A stretch of 64,000 nucleotides of DNA from Owenia fusiformis (Eukaryota): contig CAIIXF020000001.1 in assembly GCA_903813345.2 (NCBI GenBank), positions 6,448,001-6,512,000 of the forward strand, written 5' to 3'. The position numbers and the translations under genes were made by a program. Each line of letters opens with the position of its first letter. Positions within the stretch are counted from its first letter, which is position 1. Below the pieces are notes generated by a model. It ran no database searches and was not told where the DNA came from. It was given only the letters and a program-made list of their open reading frames with translations. This document shows positions 14,901 to 27,344 of this stretch, in pieces.

Positions 14901-17900
14901 TTAAGTATATGAATAGTCTTCTAAAAGTCATGTTTCATTGCTCTCCAATACCATAAACCTAACTCCTTACCCAGCAAGTCTAGTGAGCTCTCTTCCTGCT
15001 AAGACTACACGTCCAATAGCTTCTGCCATACGCACCAACATTCTACCACTGCGGTAGTAGTCCTGAAAAAATGTGGAATTGTAAATATAAAGGAATTTGA
15101 GAAGATAAATACTGAATACTTTCCCTATACTGTACTAACACTTCATATGATCAAATATTGGAATATATTTAGTCCTTAATCTAATCTAACCTTATAATGA
15201 TAAATCAAGGTGTATTGATTATTACAATTAAAACTGTTATATTTTCACCATAGCTTTTACTAAGAAATAGTTATAGATCTATCAAAACCCTAGCCTAAGA
15301 TAATACTGCTGCGTATCTAGCAGATTTGGTGTGTGCAAAATTAGAAGTGTTCATATTTACAGCAGAGTGCTTAACATTTGGGAAATAATTTAGATGAGTG
15401 ACACACAAATATGGTATCCATACCCCCAAACAAGTTTTATAATGGAGCATTAATCAAATAAAATGTAGCACTCAAAATCAAGTTTAGAATTTTTTATCGT
15501 GAAATTCTCAAAAGCTACAGCTAAGCTATAAGTAGAAAGCAATTCCAAAATGGACTCTATATATCTATAAATACAGGGTGGGCCAAAAGATTTTGCAAAT
15601 AACATTATGGTATTGACATGAAATTTTTTTTTGGCCCACCCTGTATTTGTAGGAATACAAGAACATTGTTCTAATCAACAATACTTATCTACCTCTAGTC
15701 TGTCTGCATGTGCAGTGTTTTCATATTTGTTGGAAAATAAAAATGGCTGACAGACTACCATGTAGCCTACTGTAGTTGCTACATCTGGAAGAACAGATAG
15801 AAGCAATGCAGGGTATAGAGCCTTAATTATAATTGGATATATTGTAGTCTCTAGTTCTGGATATATAATTAAAAGATTGTAAGGGGAGGGAAGGAAATGG
15901 AATATGGATTTTCTTCAAATTGATATTGACAGAGGAAAATATACATCATAGTGGCTGAAAAGTTAAATTGAGGTCAAATTGTTCCAAGGAATGAAATCAA
16001 AGTTCCATCCTGCCCATTGAAACATAGTTACACCATGAAAATTTAACTCATTGCTGGCCAAAGCTATTTTTGGAGGTTTTCTGCTGGTGACTGGCAATTT
16101 TGATGGAAAATTGAGAAAAATTGCACAATTTCACATTAGCATAAAATGGACTGTATCAACACCCCATGCACTACGTTTTATGTTATTTGTGAAGCCAATG
16201 GCAATATATTGCACCCAACCACGTTCCCCTAGTAACCCCTACAATATTTGGTAAGGTAATTGGTATAGATTATGTGACAATTATTGGACAGATATGATTA
16301 TGACGCCATAGACGAAATATCTCGAGGTTGGTCAGCAATGACTTAATTATGATGGAATCTTCTTGAATTTTACTGTGTAGATAAAGTAAAGAAGCAGTTA
16401 AATGGAGGAAGCAGTGGTATACCAAAAATATTAAGAAGATTCCATAATAGAGATAATTATTCAAAAATTAGAGGGTTACATCTTTTGTGTAACCCTGTGC
16501 AGTTCAGAATTTTGAAATGTCAGTTTTACTCTGACTGTATTTCCAAAGGAATAGTGTTATTCATGCAATAAGTATGTTTCAAATGTGACCATTATGACTG
16601 GTGCATCATTGCAAGTTAAGGACCTTACAAAGTATTCCTTGATCCAATTCATTTAATCAAAGGGTGTAAGAGAAAGTACAGTATAAGATTTGAAAGAATG
16701 TGAAAGCCAAGAATTTTATGCTATCAACAGTCATCAACTGTAAATCCATCATATTTTGCCATGAAACAAACCCATCAGCAAAATATTGAAGTTATTGTAA
16801 GAGTGAATGTCGAAGATCAAATATCTATGACAGTTAGCCCTTAGACCACATAGTATATGACTTATATCTAGCTATCTACAACTAAGTAGCATATATAGGG
16901 GGTTAAACAGTCGAACCTGGACTCTGTCTGAATGTGTAGAGTTGTCATATGTTGGATCAGAAAGATCAAGGAATGGTCGACTGACAACCATAAATCCAAC
17001 CATTGTGGCAATGTCTGCAAAATTTCACAAGGTTAACATTGAAAACAAAGAGAAAATCGTAGAAGGTTCAAGAACAACATTGTTGAATACATTAAGTCCA
17101 ATTCAATTTCAAATGAGACAAATCCGCCTTCCAAACTGCTCTTCCTGGAAATCTGAGGACAATCTCTTTAGAGAAAGTTGGCCTTCATCACAAATGAACT
17201 TCATTATTTTTTCCCCAAAATTTATCTTTGTGGGCATCATCTCGAGATTCAATCTGCATTATTCTAAGTGATCAGGATAGGCAACTTGTATCATCAGCAG
17301 AAGCAAGCTGATATTAATCTACAACTTATAGAACTTACTATTAGTAATTCAGGGACATATAAACTATGATTCTTAAATTTTATTGTATTGGACAAAATTG
17401 CCATATTTACAGAATGAAAGACAAATAAAATTCAAGAATCAAATGTTCTAAATTTTTCAGAAAGGAGATTAAATTAGGCCTGAGACAGAGAAACATAGAA
17501 ATGCTTTCAACGATGAAGTTCTGAAGTAAACACAAATCTTTCACTTCAAATTAAAACCTGATTTTTTATGACAGTTATATGAGGATTTCTATCCAATTAT
17601 CTGTCTCATCCTAAGATGTGTGTAAGAGAGGACGTTGGCCAGTAAAGGGCAGGTATGGAATATATTCTTGGTCCACTATAGTGTTCAGCTGTACCTGAAG
17701 CCTGGAACCTTGGGTTGAGTTGATGTAGCGAGGGTCAGACATATCAAAGAATGGCCGACTAACGATAAACCAACCAACAACCAGAGCAAAATCTAAAAAC
17801 AATCGCAGAGATTAAAGTCAATTCTTCTGAAATACAAAATTATTGTATGTGACATGATGAATAAGCATTAACTTTTAAATATGTTTTGGCTGAAATGTAC

Positions 17901-20900
17901 GTAAAACAGATTTTATTTTCATGATTTAATTTCTCCATTCAATATCTATGAATAAATGTCAATGAATAAAACTGGCAGTGGATATGGTAAGAGAGGGTCT
18001 TATAAATAAAATAGTACATCTAATCATCCAGAATGGAAATGTTGAATTGGGTCGAGTATTACTCCTTTAGGAGAGACATAACAGATGTTGCAAATGCTCA
18101 TTTAAAAAGCTGGTCCATTGGTAATTTTAAGATATCACATTTCACAGACTGATATTTTCCTTTTTTAGCTTAGGAAAATTACAATGCATTGTCATTGTTA
18201 ATGTCATTTTGACCACCTGGCAGTGGTTTCAGTAACTTTGTGTACAAGAGGCAGATGAAAAATACAAGAGGCGGCATTCAAAATAACCAACTTTACGCTC
18301 CCGACAATGCAAATTCTTGTTATTTTAGAGTCCATGAATTGAAAGAAAGATGTCCACGGTTTGTCAAAGTCATTTCCACGTGTGATGTGGCAAGACATGG
18401 GCTCCACAAAATAACACCTGGAACTGTGGAATGACTATGGCAACTTATATAGAATGTCATTTACCTTTTATAAGATAACTTACCCTTACACAGGTTGCAT
18501 TTCAAAAATCCAAATACACCTGTTGAATTGAACACTTTTGATATAAATCAAAATCTAGAATTGTCATTATTAAAATGAGAGTGATGTATTAATAGATGAT
18601 TCCCTTGTGATTATGTGTATATCAGATTCATTTTAGTTTTTTTACAACCTCCATAGGGTACAGGGTGTTCCAAAAGTAACAGGACTGGTGCTGGTATTTT
18701 GTTAAATATACACCAATTGTCTTCAAAATTTTACATAATGTACCTTCAAGTTTTGTAACTAAAATTGCCGAATTACATAATTTTTGTCGAAACTGATTTA
18801 GAAATCCGCCGATGCCTACTCATTGGCCGGCGCCCGGCCCATATGTGGCCTAGGCATTAGAGAGAGACCGAGGTGGGAGATATCCCCCTCCCCTCTACAC
18901 CAAACTTGTTCTCACTAAGTTTTCGAAAATTGCCTGAAAGGCCTCCTCACACATTATTAAGGAAAACATATCAGCAACACATTTTGCGCATTTAACCATT
19001 TGATAACATATTGTGGATCTTATCTTAATTTGTTAATGTGAATTCGCACCTTCATTTGCATGGAAGACTTTGATAAAATCCTTTTTTTTGATGATCTTTG
19101 TTAGAAAGCTGGTGTTTGGCTAAGCTTCGAAATTTCAAATTGAACAGTCTACTAAGGATACCATGTTGTAAATATTGTTTTCTTTATTTATAATATGTCG
19201 AGCTAGGACTGTTCAAACAAATTCGCTTTTTGTAGCTACAAGTATTTAATTTCAATAGATGATAAACTTCTCAATATAAGAAATTACCCTCATAAGACAT
19301 TGTTGCAAGGTGTGTTGCAATCCCGCATTCCCAGGCCCGCATTATGTATTCTCGAAGAAAGCCATCATGATAAACCATGACATCTCATTTCTTCTCGGCC
19401 AGTAATAATACTTGGCCGGTTGAGTATATATAAGGGTTATGTACTGGGAGGTTTTGGATATGGGGTTTATCCAGAGGGAGATATGCATATCTACCTGAGG
19501 GACCGTAGGGACCGAAGGTAGATGTGCATATATCACGAGGGATGAACCCAATATCCAAACCGACCGTACATAACTGCTTTATCCTATACCAAGTAAAGTT
19601 TTCTAATTTTCTTTCAATTTTTTTTATTTTTTTTATTTTTCCAATTTTCTCACATTTTTCTAATTTTTTTAAAAAAAATTCTATTTTTTTTCTTTTTCAA
19701 TTTTTTTTCACATTCCAAGCGGGAAGATATGCCCTGGAGCGGGAGATATGGAGGTTCAGGATATGGAAACCTCAAAATCAGGATACGGGATATATCTTAC
19801 CAACTTATCTCCCTTAAACTCTACTTGGCATAGGATAAAAAGGTTTATCCCATACTTGGACGTGTTACGGGTACATAAAGCCGGTTTGAAAAAACTTATA
19901 TTTTCATCAGCTGGCAGATATAGCTTTACGTCCCGCTCCGAGCGGGCAGATATACTATATCTGCCCGCTACGTCATAATCGCCGCTCGCATATTTGTTCA
20001 TATTCGTAACGTTCGCGTAATGACTGTAAACTACAATGGAGAAAACACAGACAATCGGGATCTGTTTGATGGTTTAAAAAAGGGAAAGAGCATCCACTTA
20101 ATCAATCAAAAATTCGAGAAAATAAATGTGGGAATATTTGAGAGAACAGGAAAATTCGCCCACGGCCAAGAAAACAAAGCTGGACATGAATATTCTAAAA
20201 TATTTCCACGATTGAACAATGTAAACCAGATGACCAAGATTGGTATGGGATAAACATATTATCCTATAGTCGGTTCAGGATATTGGGATTATCCCTTGGC
20301 CAATATAATATATTTTCCCTCGGGACCTGCGGCCCTCGGGCAAATATATTATATTTGCCTCGGGATAATCCCAATATCCTGAACCTCATATAGGATAATC
20401 TCTATATACATGTCCCAGCTTTTGGTAAGTGGGGGGTCAAACCTCCCCCCATCCACACATACACTTATTTTATCATGCAAGTAACTTCGCATTGTAATTA
20501 CAAGCATGTTATAAACGAGACACCAGGATGATAAGGTATGGGTACAATATAGGGCCCAAATCTTGAGAAAGAGTCGAAGGCATGCAAGGCGAATCCTGGA
20601 AACTCGGGTTCGGGAAAGCGGGATTCACTGTTTGGTTCCGTTGACACCTGTGCGAAACTACATTCATAATTTATCCGACAGTCGCTTTGATAATTTTCTT
20701 TATCTCGTCTGTGACTCGATAAAGAAGAATTATCAAAGCTCATCAAGAATGGACGATCTTGCACAGGTACCCATATAAGAACCTCTATATCTTTTTAACA
20801 CCAATATAAAGATTGAACAACGGACACACTATGTTAAAAATGTTATATCTAATGTGCCAATTCAATGATTTAGCATATCGAAAATATTTTCAACCTAAGT

Positions 20901-23900
20901 GACCATATCGTGACATCACTTAGGTGGCAACATTTTTCAATGTCAATCTTTTCTAAATATGCTAAACTTAAACCTGCACATCGCTCCAAAACGCAATATG
21001 TTGACATATATTGTTTTTACATTTTCAAGCTGTAATATAAAGTTTACGTAAATAAAAAAAAAATTCTGCGTAATGTCAAAGAACAATCATTTAGTTGAAA
21101 AAAAAATTTAAAAAAAAGGGGTGAATGCGGGATTCGAACCCGGGCCTCCCGCGTGCAAAGCGAGCATTCTACCGCTAGACCACAGTGATATTATGAATAA
21201 TGGAAGTAATTAAACGCTACTTATTTTGAATGCTATGATTCGGAAGTGACGTCACGTTCTTCATTTAGAAACCTTTCCAAAATCATATCGCTGGCTCCGA
21301 TCGAAGCAATTCAATGGAAAATCTTTGAAATGACACATTTATCGTAAGTATTTCTACACAAGATTTGCCCCATTTGTTCATCATTCTATAATCTTTCATT
21401 AAGCTCAAAATGATAAAGTTCATCCCCGAAACAACCCAAGATTGTGTTTCGGGGCAAAGTCCAGCTTTAAAAAATAAACCAATTTTGACTGTCTAACAAG
21501 GTTAAAAGGAATTATGTTTTTAATATTATTTTACCTAATTGGTTTCTATGAGAATTAAAATTTTGAAATGCATCTTTCCCTGAACCACTTTCATGCATGG
21601 ATGAGTTCATTGCTCGCTCATCTATCAACCAATTTTCTTGATTTTGTCGGCAAAAAACAAGTGAGGATGATTGGTATGCATCGGTGTGAATATTCGCTTT
21701 AAAGGATAAGTGTGACCTCTTAAAATAAATTCACGATATTTTGAACAAAAAGTCCTTCAAAAACATTTTTGAAATTAATAAATAGTTTCACATTTCACAC
21801 TTTGATAACATTGGATAAGACAACAATATAAGCCAAAGTGGTTTAAATTTTTATATGGGGCCTTTAACTGATTAACACAATTTTACACCCATTGGAAAGA
21901 CTGTACCGTGACTGGTTGGACAGAGTTGTATCAATCATGCATGTCCAGTGGAAAATAACCAACTCTGATTATACCAAAGGTTGGAATTTGAATTATCATG
22001 CACATGATAGTGGTCAGATAGTGATCTAAAATGCATAGCCCAAACGGGTAAAAAATTGGACGGTGTTTACTACTATAATGAGATCAAGTGATCTTTACGA
22101 TTATAGTGAGTTCCATTGCAGTTCGAAACTGAGGTACAAATCATAGACAAGGAAGTGCAAAACAAGATCGCTGAATAAAATAAAGAATAGTCTATAGAAG
22201 ACTTTTAATTTTCCCCCAAAACTGAGACAATATTTGACTTCTAGCAAATGGTGGATTATCGAAAACAAACGGCGATTTCGGACACTCGCCCCCTGCAATT
22301 GAAAGCCCAGCCTGGTCTCAAATCATATCCACAAACCCATTTCCTCGCCTCATGGAAAATCTACTTACATTTTGCAATAATATTATCTACAAGTCCCATG
22401 CTGAAGCGGAAGAAGATGAAAGTCCTGAGATGTTCTACCAGTTTCCAGAACTGGGCAGTTATTGTTTTCCTCTCTCGCTTATTTCCTTGGTAGAATGCTA
22501 CCTCTTCACTGAAACAGAGAATGTTTAAAAAATAATGAGTCTTGAAAATTTTGACTACATTGACCTATAATTTGTATAACAGAAGAGTGTCTCCTTTAGG
22601 CTAGCTCAATACCACTTCTTACATAATTGTACTATTAAATACATCATATGAAAGATACTAAACCCATTGGCCTACCTGTTAGTAATAAGTCTTGAATTAA
22701 CATATCTGAACTCTCCCTCCAGTCTTTGTTCTACAACTGTCATCTTGCCTATAGGTCTACGTAACCTGGTCAATATAAGACCCGAAACAGCCAGGTACAG
22801 CAACATATAGCCTGGGCCCTGAAATAACATCATGACCATTCTCTTATTTTTAGGCCTTTACAAATATTAGCTAGACTTACAAAAGACATTGCTACATAGT
22901 GACCTTGCAGTGTAACTGTTGATCTTTAACACTACAAAGACAATCATAATGAACTGGAAAATAGATGCATATCATGTGAAGATATGACAAGAATTGTTAT
23001 ACTATTGGTCACAATTAGCAAGATTGCATTGGAATATTGGGCTGCACTATATGCAATAACCACTCATTGAGACTTGAAAGTCCCTTTGACAGATGAATGC
23101 ATGGTTTATCATCAACAAAGCAATTATGACTTTGTTATCATATACTGACATGCTCCTTTAAGGCTAGTGAGTCTGACTCAATGCAAGTGAATATGCTTTA
23201 CCTGTATTCCTATAGCACCAGTTAGTTTGACAGAGTATAGTATGATGTCTATGACAGGCTTGCTGAGGTTGGAGTAGAGATCAGCCACACTGTTACAGAA
23301 CCTCTCTACATCTGTGGTCAGCAATTGATCAGCATTAGCTATCCTATTGTCCAGATTTGTCATCTTGTAGTATGTGAAGCCTCTGAAAGATAAGACAGAA
23401 AAATTAGGAAATTGATTTTCAGATTGGGGTTAATTACATATTTAGCAAGATATGGTTAATGAGCCTTATTATGGTCATTAAATTCTAAAGATGTTCAAGA
23501 AGTTAAATGTAAGGCACTTTCATTAAAGATTCACAATTTATGATTCTTAAACATTAACATCAGAAATTAATCACTTCTATTTCTAACAAAATGACAGCTC
23601 TATATTTTGGCAGTTAAGGATTACGAGTAAATAAATATAGCAAACCACTAGTGACAAAATAATTTTATTTCAAATAAACATCAGCGTCTTACTTGAGATA
23701 TCTGTCATAGAGGTACATGGTCAATCTTGTCCTAAACCTGAGTTTCAGTTCATTCAGACCATACTAAAATAACAAAACAAATATAGTGTTTTGTGTTACA
23801 TTACAAAAATTGTATAGGTGGCTGGGCAATCAGCAATGATCCATTTGATGTGAGACCTAATTTCCCATTGGTGTGAAAGTGATAATAAAAATGGGAGTCT

Positions 23901-26727
23901 TATCAAGTATTTCTTCTACAATAAATGGATGAATGAAGTGTCTAACTCTCTTATTTCTAAAACACAGTGTAGACAAGAACATTGAATACATGACTGTTTA
24001 TTTTAGTTTTGGATAACTTCTCTCCGATATTCTTTTTGTACAACAACAAGTGTTCAAAATGCTATATTAATAAATTAAGAGTTCTTACCTTAAGCATGTT
24101 GTTGATCACAGAGATCTACAAAATAAGACAAACTTATATGAGATGTTACTAGTTTACCACACATATTTATGATGATTATAAAAGCAATAGTAGAATGAAT
24201 TTTAAGAGATTAAATGCTCTGTTCATATTTGGAAATTTAAATGATTTCTTCTGGAACTGGCATTTATTCCCCATCCTTATCCACTCTCTCTTAAGTCTAA
24301 AATTAGATTTTGATATTACAGTTTTGTGCCTTTGATAAAGGTGATAATCCTACTTACGGCAGGCATGGCCCACATGAATTTGAACAAATGTTTCTTGAAG
24401 AGACTCATATCTCGACTGATGATGGCACTGGAATCAAAAAAACAAGAAAAATATGTTGCGTTCAAGTGGCACTTTAGCACACATGTAGGGTACTTTATTA
24501 AATAATATAAAAATTTCTAGTCAAAGTAAAAATTGTCATTATCCATTCTTTCTTCAGAATTACTTACTCAAGAACTACATTTACTATACTCTAGCAATTT
24601 CATAAAATTAATTAAAGAGATTTGCTCTACTGTATTATAAGTTGTGAATACCTTTCTATTGCTGTTCCATTCTGTATCATCCAAACATCACAGAATGTTC
24701 GAAGAAGTAAACTAGCAGCTACCATTATCATGTAGGCAACCTGAAAACAACACGATTTACAGTATGTACGCATGTGACCAACAGAATAAGCAATGCTGCA
24801 TGCTACTTGGCATAGATAAGACCCTAAAATCGTTTCTAAAGTCAAAGAAATTTGACTACATACAGTTGTTTTTTCCTATTACATATTTCTAATACTTAAA
24901 CAATTTAGTTATTCAAAACAATCAATAAAAATCATAAAAATGACATCAACATATTTACTTTTACACATACAAATATAGAATTATCAAATAGAGAATGCAG
25001 CTTTACCTCTGTTGTGAAGAATCCTGGCACTAGAATACGCAGGATTGTCTTGAACCTCCTGAAGAATAAACCATCAACAGCAGCCCTCTCTTTCTTCTGT
25101 TTCTGTAACCATGACAATGACAACATATAGAGAATGGTTCCTAGAGAACAACTACAGAGAAGAAGGAAATGTATGTTTTTCTTTGAGAGAATGGCAGGAT
25201 CAAAAGGTATGCGTTAAAGATGGCCTGGCCAACACATAGACCCTTAGACTTCATGTTAAGAAGTCGATTATTGTTAAAAATGCACCTTACCCTGATTTTT
25301 GCAAAGAAATATATTTTTCCATTTAGAACATGAATTTATTTTTTACATATTACAGCCTTTAAAATTCTTCAAATCAAATCAATGTGTCTTTTTTCTCCCA
25401 CAGAAAAGTAGAAAACTTGTCTGTGTAACTGTTTGTCCAAATGGTCTTTTAACTTACCCCATTGTCAAGTTTCACTTCAACTTTTGTATCTAATGCATGT
25501 TTCCTGTAAAATATACAACAATGAATAATTAACATGTAGATGACATACTATATATATTGCTATGACCATGGTAGTGTTATCGTGAAAGCCTGGTATAACT
25601 GTGACAATGCTATTATACTGTATATTGCAATTTGCAAGGCCTGTCATGACTGTGGTAATGTTAAAGCCTGATATGACCGTGACAATGCTATATTATATTG
25701 CAAGGCCTATCATGACCGTGGTAATGTTAAAGCCTGATATAACCATGACAATGGTTGTAAGGTCTGTCATAATTGTGGTTATGTTAAAGCCTGATATGAC
25801 TGTGACAATGGTTGCAAGGCCTGTCTTGACATTGACTGGGTAATGTTAAAGCCTGATATGACCGTGACAATGCTATATTATATTGCAAGGCCTGCCATGA
25901 CTGTGGTATTGTTTAAGCCTGATATAACGGCAACAATGGTTGCAAGGCCTGTCATGACCGGGTAATGTTATAGCCTGATATGACTGTGACAATGGTTGTA
26001 AGGCCTGTCATGACAGTGGTAATGTTAGATGGGTTTTGGTTACATGTACAAGCGTACATGTATATAGTCTAGATTTCAATATTTAAGGTATTTAATTTCA
26101 TTACGGTGTTAATAGAAATCAAGATAAGTAAAAGAGACCGACTTGGGCAAGGCTCCTTGCGCAACTTATCAACACTTATAATAACATGGTGACAGTTGTG
26201 CCAGGCATAAGTCTTGCAGCAGATAGGGTCTCTTCTGCTGCCCCCCCCCCCCCCCCAGTCCTACCCCTGTGGCAATACTATTTCCTAGGACAAGAGAGGG
26301 GTGTACTAGACTATTACTTTTTTCAATACACAGAATGACATGACAGATATAATTAATCTAAAAATAGGTCTATAGTCAGAGTCTATTCAATATATATGTT
26401 CAGTATAGTTGTGTATCATCTGGGCTTATTCTAGTCTAGTCATACATGTATGCATAGTTGATTCAAGTTGATGGCCATGCTAGTCACACATGCACTTTGA
26501 CTTTCCAGGTCAAATTTTGGGACTAAAAATTAGATTTGTTTGAAAAAAAATTCACAACTTTTCAATAGTCAAGTTAACATCCAATATCATACTTTTTAGA
26601 GGTATACTCACTTTGCACTTGCTCTTCTAGATAAGAGCTGACTATACCAGAATACTCCTGCGAACGCTGATGCAACAATAGCTGTTTTCTTCGGAGTTAT
26701 TTCTCCGAGTTTACTAAGTACAGACAT
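11902..26727 (-). CDS. ABCD3: Peroxisomal ABC half-transporter ABCD3 (PMP70), about 663 aa, 20 coding exons per isoform
   Basis: Minus-strand exons: 26612-26727, 25458-25503, 25007-25102, 24652-24740, 24358-24427, 24089-24115, 23693-23763, 23202-23382, 22676-22818, 22369-22508, [one of 17695-17792 / 16917-17014 / 15693-15784], 14971-15062, 14610-14707, 14269-14335, 13855-13996, 13547-13612, 13139-13252, 12741-12836, 12275-12436, 11902-11979. All introns GT-AG with consistent phases. EAA-like motif [10 protein letters not shown], Walker [10 protein letters not shown], signature [10 protein letters not shown], Walker [11 protein letters not shown], and C-terminus [10 protein letters not shown], which resembles ABCD3 as I recall it. 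Confidence 0.95.
15565..15652. mobile_element. Tiny Tc1/mariner-like MITE or hairpin
   Basis: TA-CAGGGTGGGCCAAAA (15572-15588) ... TTTTGGCCCACCCTG-TA (15629-15645); complementarity extends a few bases further out. A related end, tacagggtgttccaaaag, occurs near 18659 with no visible partner. Confidence 0.6.
15693..15784 (-). CDS. ABCD3: ABCD3 alternative exon 11c (92 nt)
   Basis: ctgttcttccag|AT GTA GCA...CTA GAG|gtagat; encodes (Y)[30 protein letters not shown]; phase 1 in, phase 0 out. Confidence 0.85.
16917..17014 (-). CDS. ABCD3: ABCD3 alternative exon 11b (98 nt)
   Basis: aattttgcag|AC ATT GCC...GTC CAG|gttcga; encodes (Y)[32 protein letters not shown]; same phases as 11a and 11c; the donor is weak. 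Confidence 0.85.
17695..17792 (-). CDS. ABCD3: ABCD3 alternative exon 11a (98 nt)
   Basis: gtttttag|AT TTT GCT...CTT CAG|gtacag; encodes (Y)[32 protein letters not shown]; same phases as 11b and 11c. Confidence 0.85.
19438..20399. repeat. Hairpin-rich interspersed repeat, possibly a Crypton-like non-autonomous element
   Basis: Imperfect palindromes at about 19438-19572 and 20258-20399, the latter centred on ccctcgggacctgcggccctcggg. Family assignment is from memory of similar invertebrate repeats only. Confidence 0.45.
21120..21187 (-). pseudogene. tRNA-like element with Gly-type body and UGC anticodon, lacking an acceptor stem
   Basis: Minus strand reads tgtggtctagcggtagaatgctcgctttgcacgcgggaggcccgggttcgaatcccg: A box, anticodon arm ctcgc/gcggg, B box GGTTCGAATCC, then a T-run. 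The 5' and 3' ends do not pair. Confidence 0.7.
25560..26028. repeat. Minisatellite, unit about 57-66 bp, in ABCD3 intron 1
   Basis: About 7 copies of gcaaggcctgtcatgactgtggtaatgttaaagcctgatatgaccgtgacaatg, followed by either gtt or ctatattatatt. Confidence 0.9.
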
Positions 26728-26759
26728 CTTTGAAGATCAGAGTCCAAATGCCACCCACC

Positions 26760-26875
26760 AGATAGCGCCACGGATCATGCTAAACTTTTGACGCATGCGC
26801 AATAGAAGACCTCGATTTTGATGCCGGAAAATTTCATACATAAACTGCTCTCTTGAGGAGTTATTGTGGTATGTA
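26760..26875. promoter_or_regulatory. Candidate compact bidirectional promoter of ABCD3 and brahma
   Basis: NRF1-like ACGCATGCGCA at 26791-26801 and ETS-like CCGGAA at 26824-26829, about 65-100 bp upstream of the ABCD3 ATG. A plus-strand donor-like GTG|gtatgt at 26868/26869 could end a non-coding first exon of brahma. Confidence 0.45.
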
Positions 26876-27344
26876 TACACTGTTTTATGATTCCTGTTCA
26901 ATTCTCATTATCTTTGGATCACACAGGTACACAATACGATTGGGTCTCTTGAAGGATATTTATAAAATCTTCATGTTTCTAGAATTTTTTTTGTCTTCAT
27001 CAAACCGGAAATAGAATTTTCTGGTTGGAAAAATAGAATAATAAAGGATTTCACATCTTTCCTTCTTGTAGGCCTATATTATTTTAAAAACTCATCCGAC
27101 ATATCATATCTAAATTATAATGTTCTCTTTTGATTTCATTTTCTGATCTGTACTTTGATCTTTGCTACGATGAGTCTCGTTTGTTGTCATAAGATTAGCA
27201 ATGGGCTTTCAAGAGAAGGGTATGCAACTCTGTGCACTAAGGGCAATCTACGTCTGATCCGTTTCTTTGATTCGGTTCTCTGCACATATTTTCTGACCTT
27301 TCTGCGCCTCTAAAATTTGATCAGTTAATTTTTATTGCACATAC

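Noticed and set aside
16318-17250. atctcgag match across exon 11b as a docking/selector pair
   Set aside because: The core is the self-complementary CTCGAG and the flanks do not extend convincingly.
21120-21187. Functional tRNA-Ala(UGC) gene
   Set aside because: The acceptor stem cannot form and the body is Gly-like.
17793-22368. A fourth ABCD3 exon-11 variant in the long upstream intron
   Set aside because: I found no further VG...(R/Q)PF-like segment with proper splice sites; the ORFs at 18204-18407 and 22101-22298 are not homologous. A profile search would be more sensitive.
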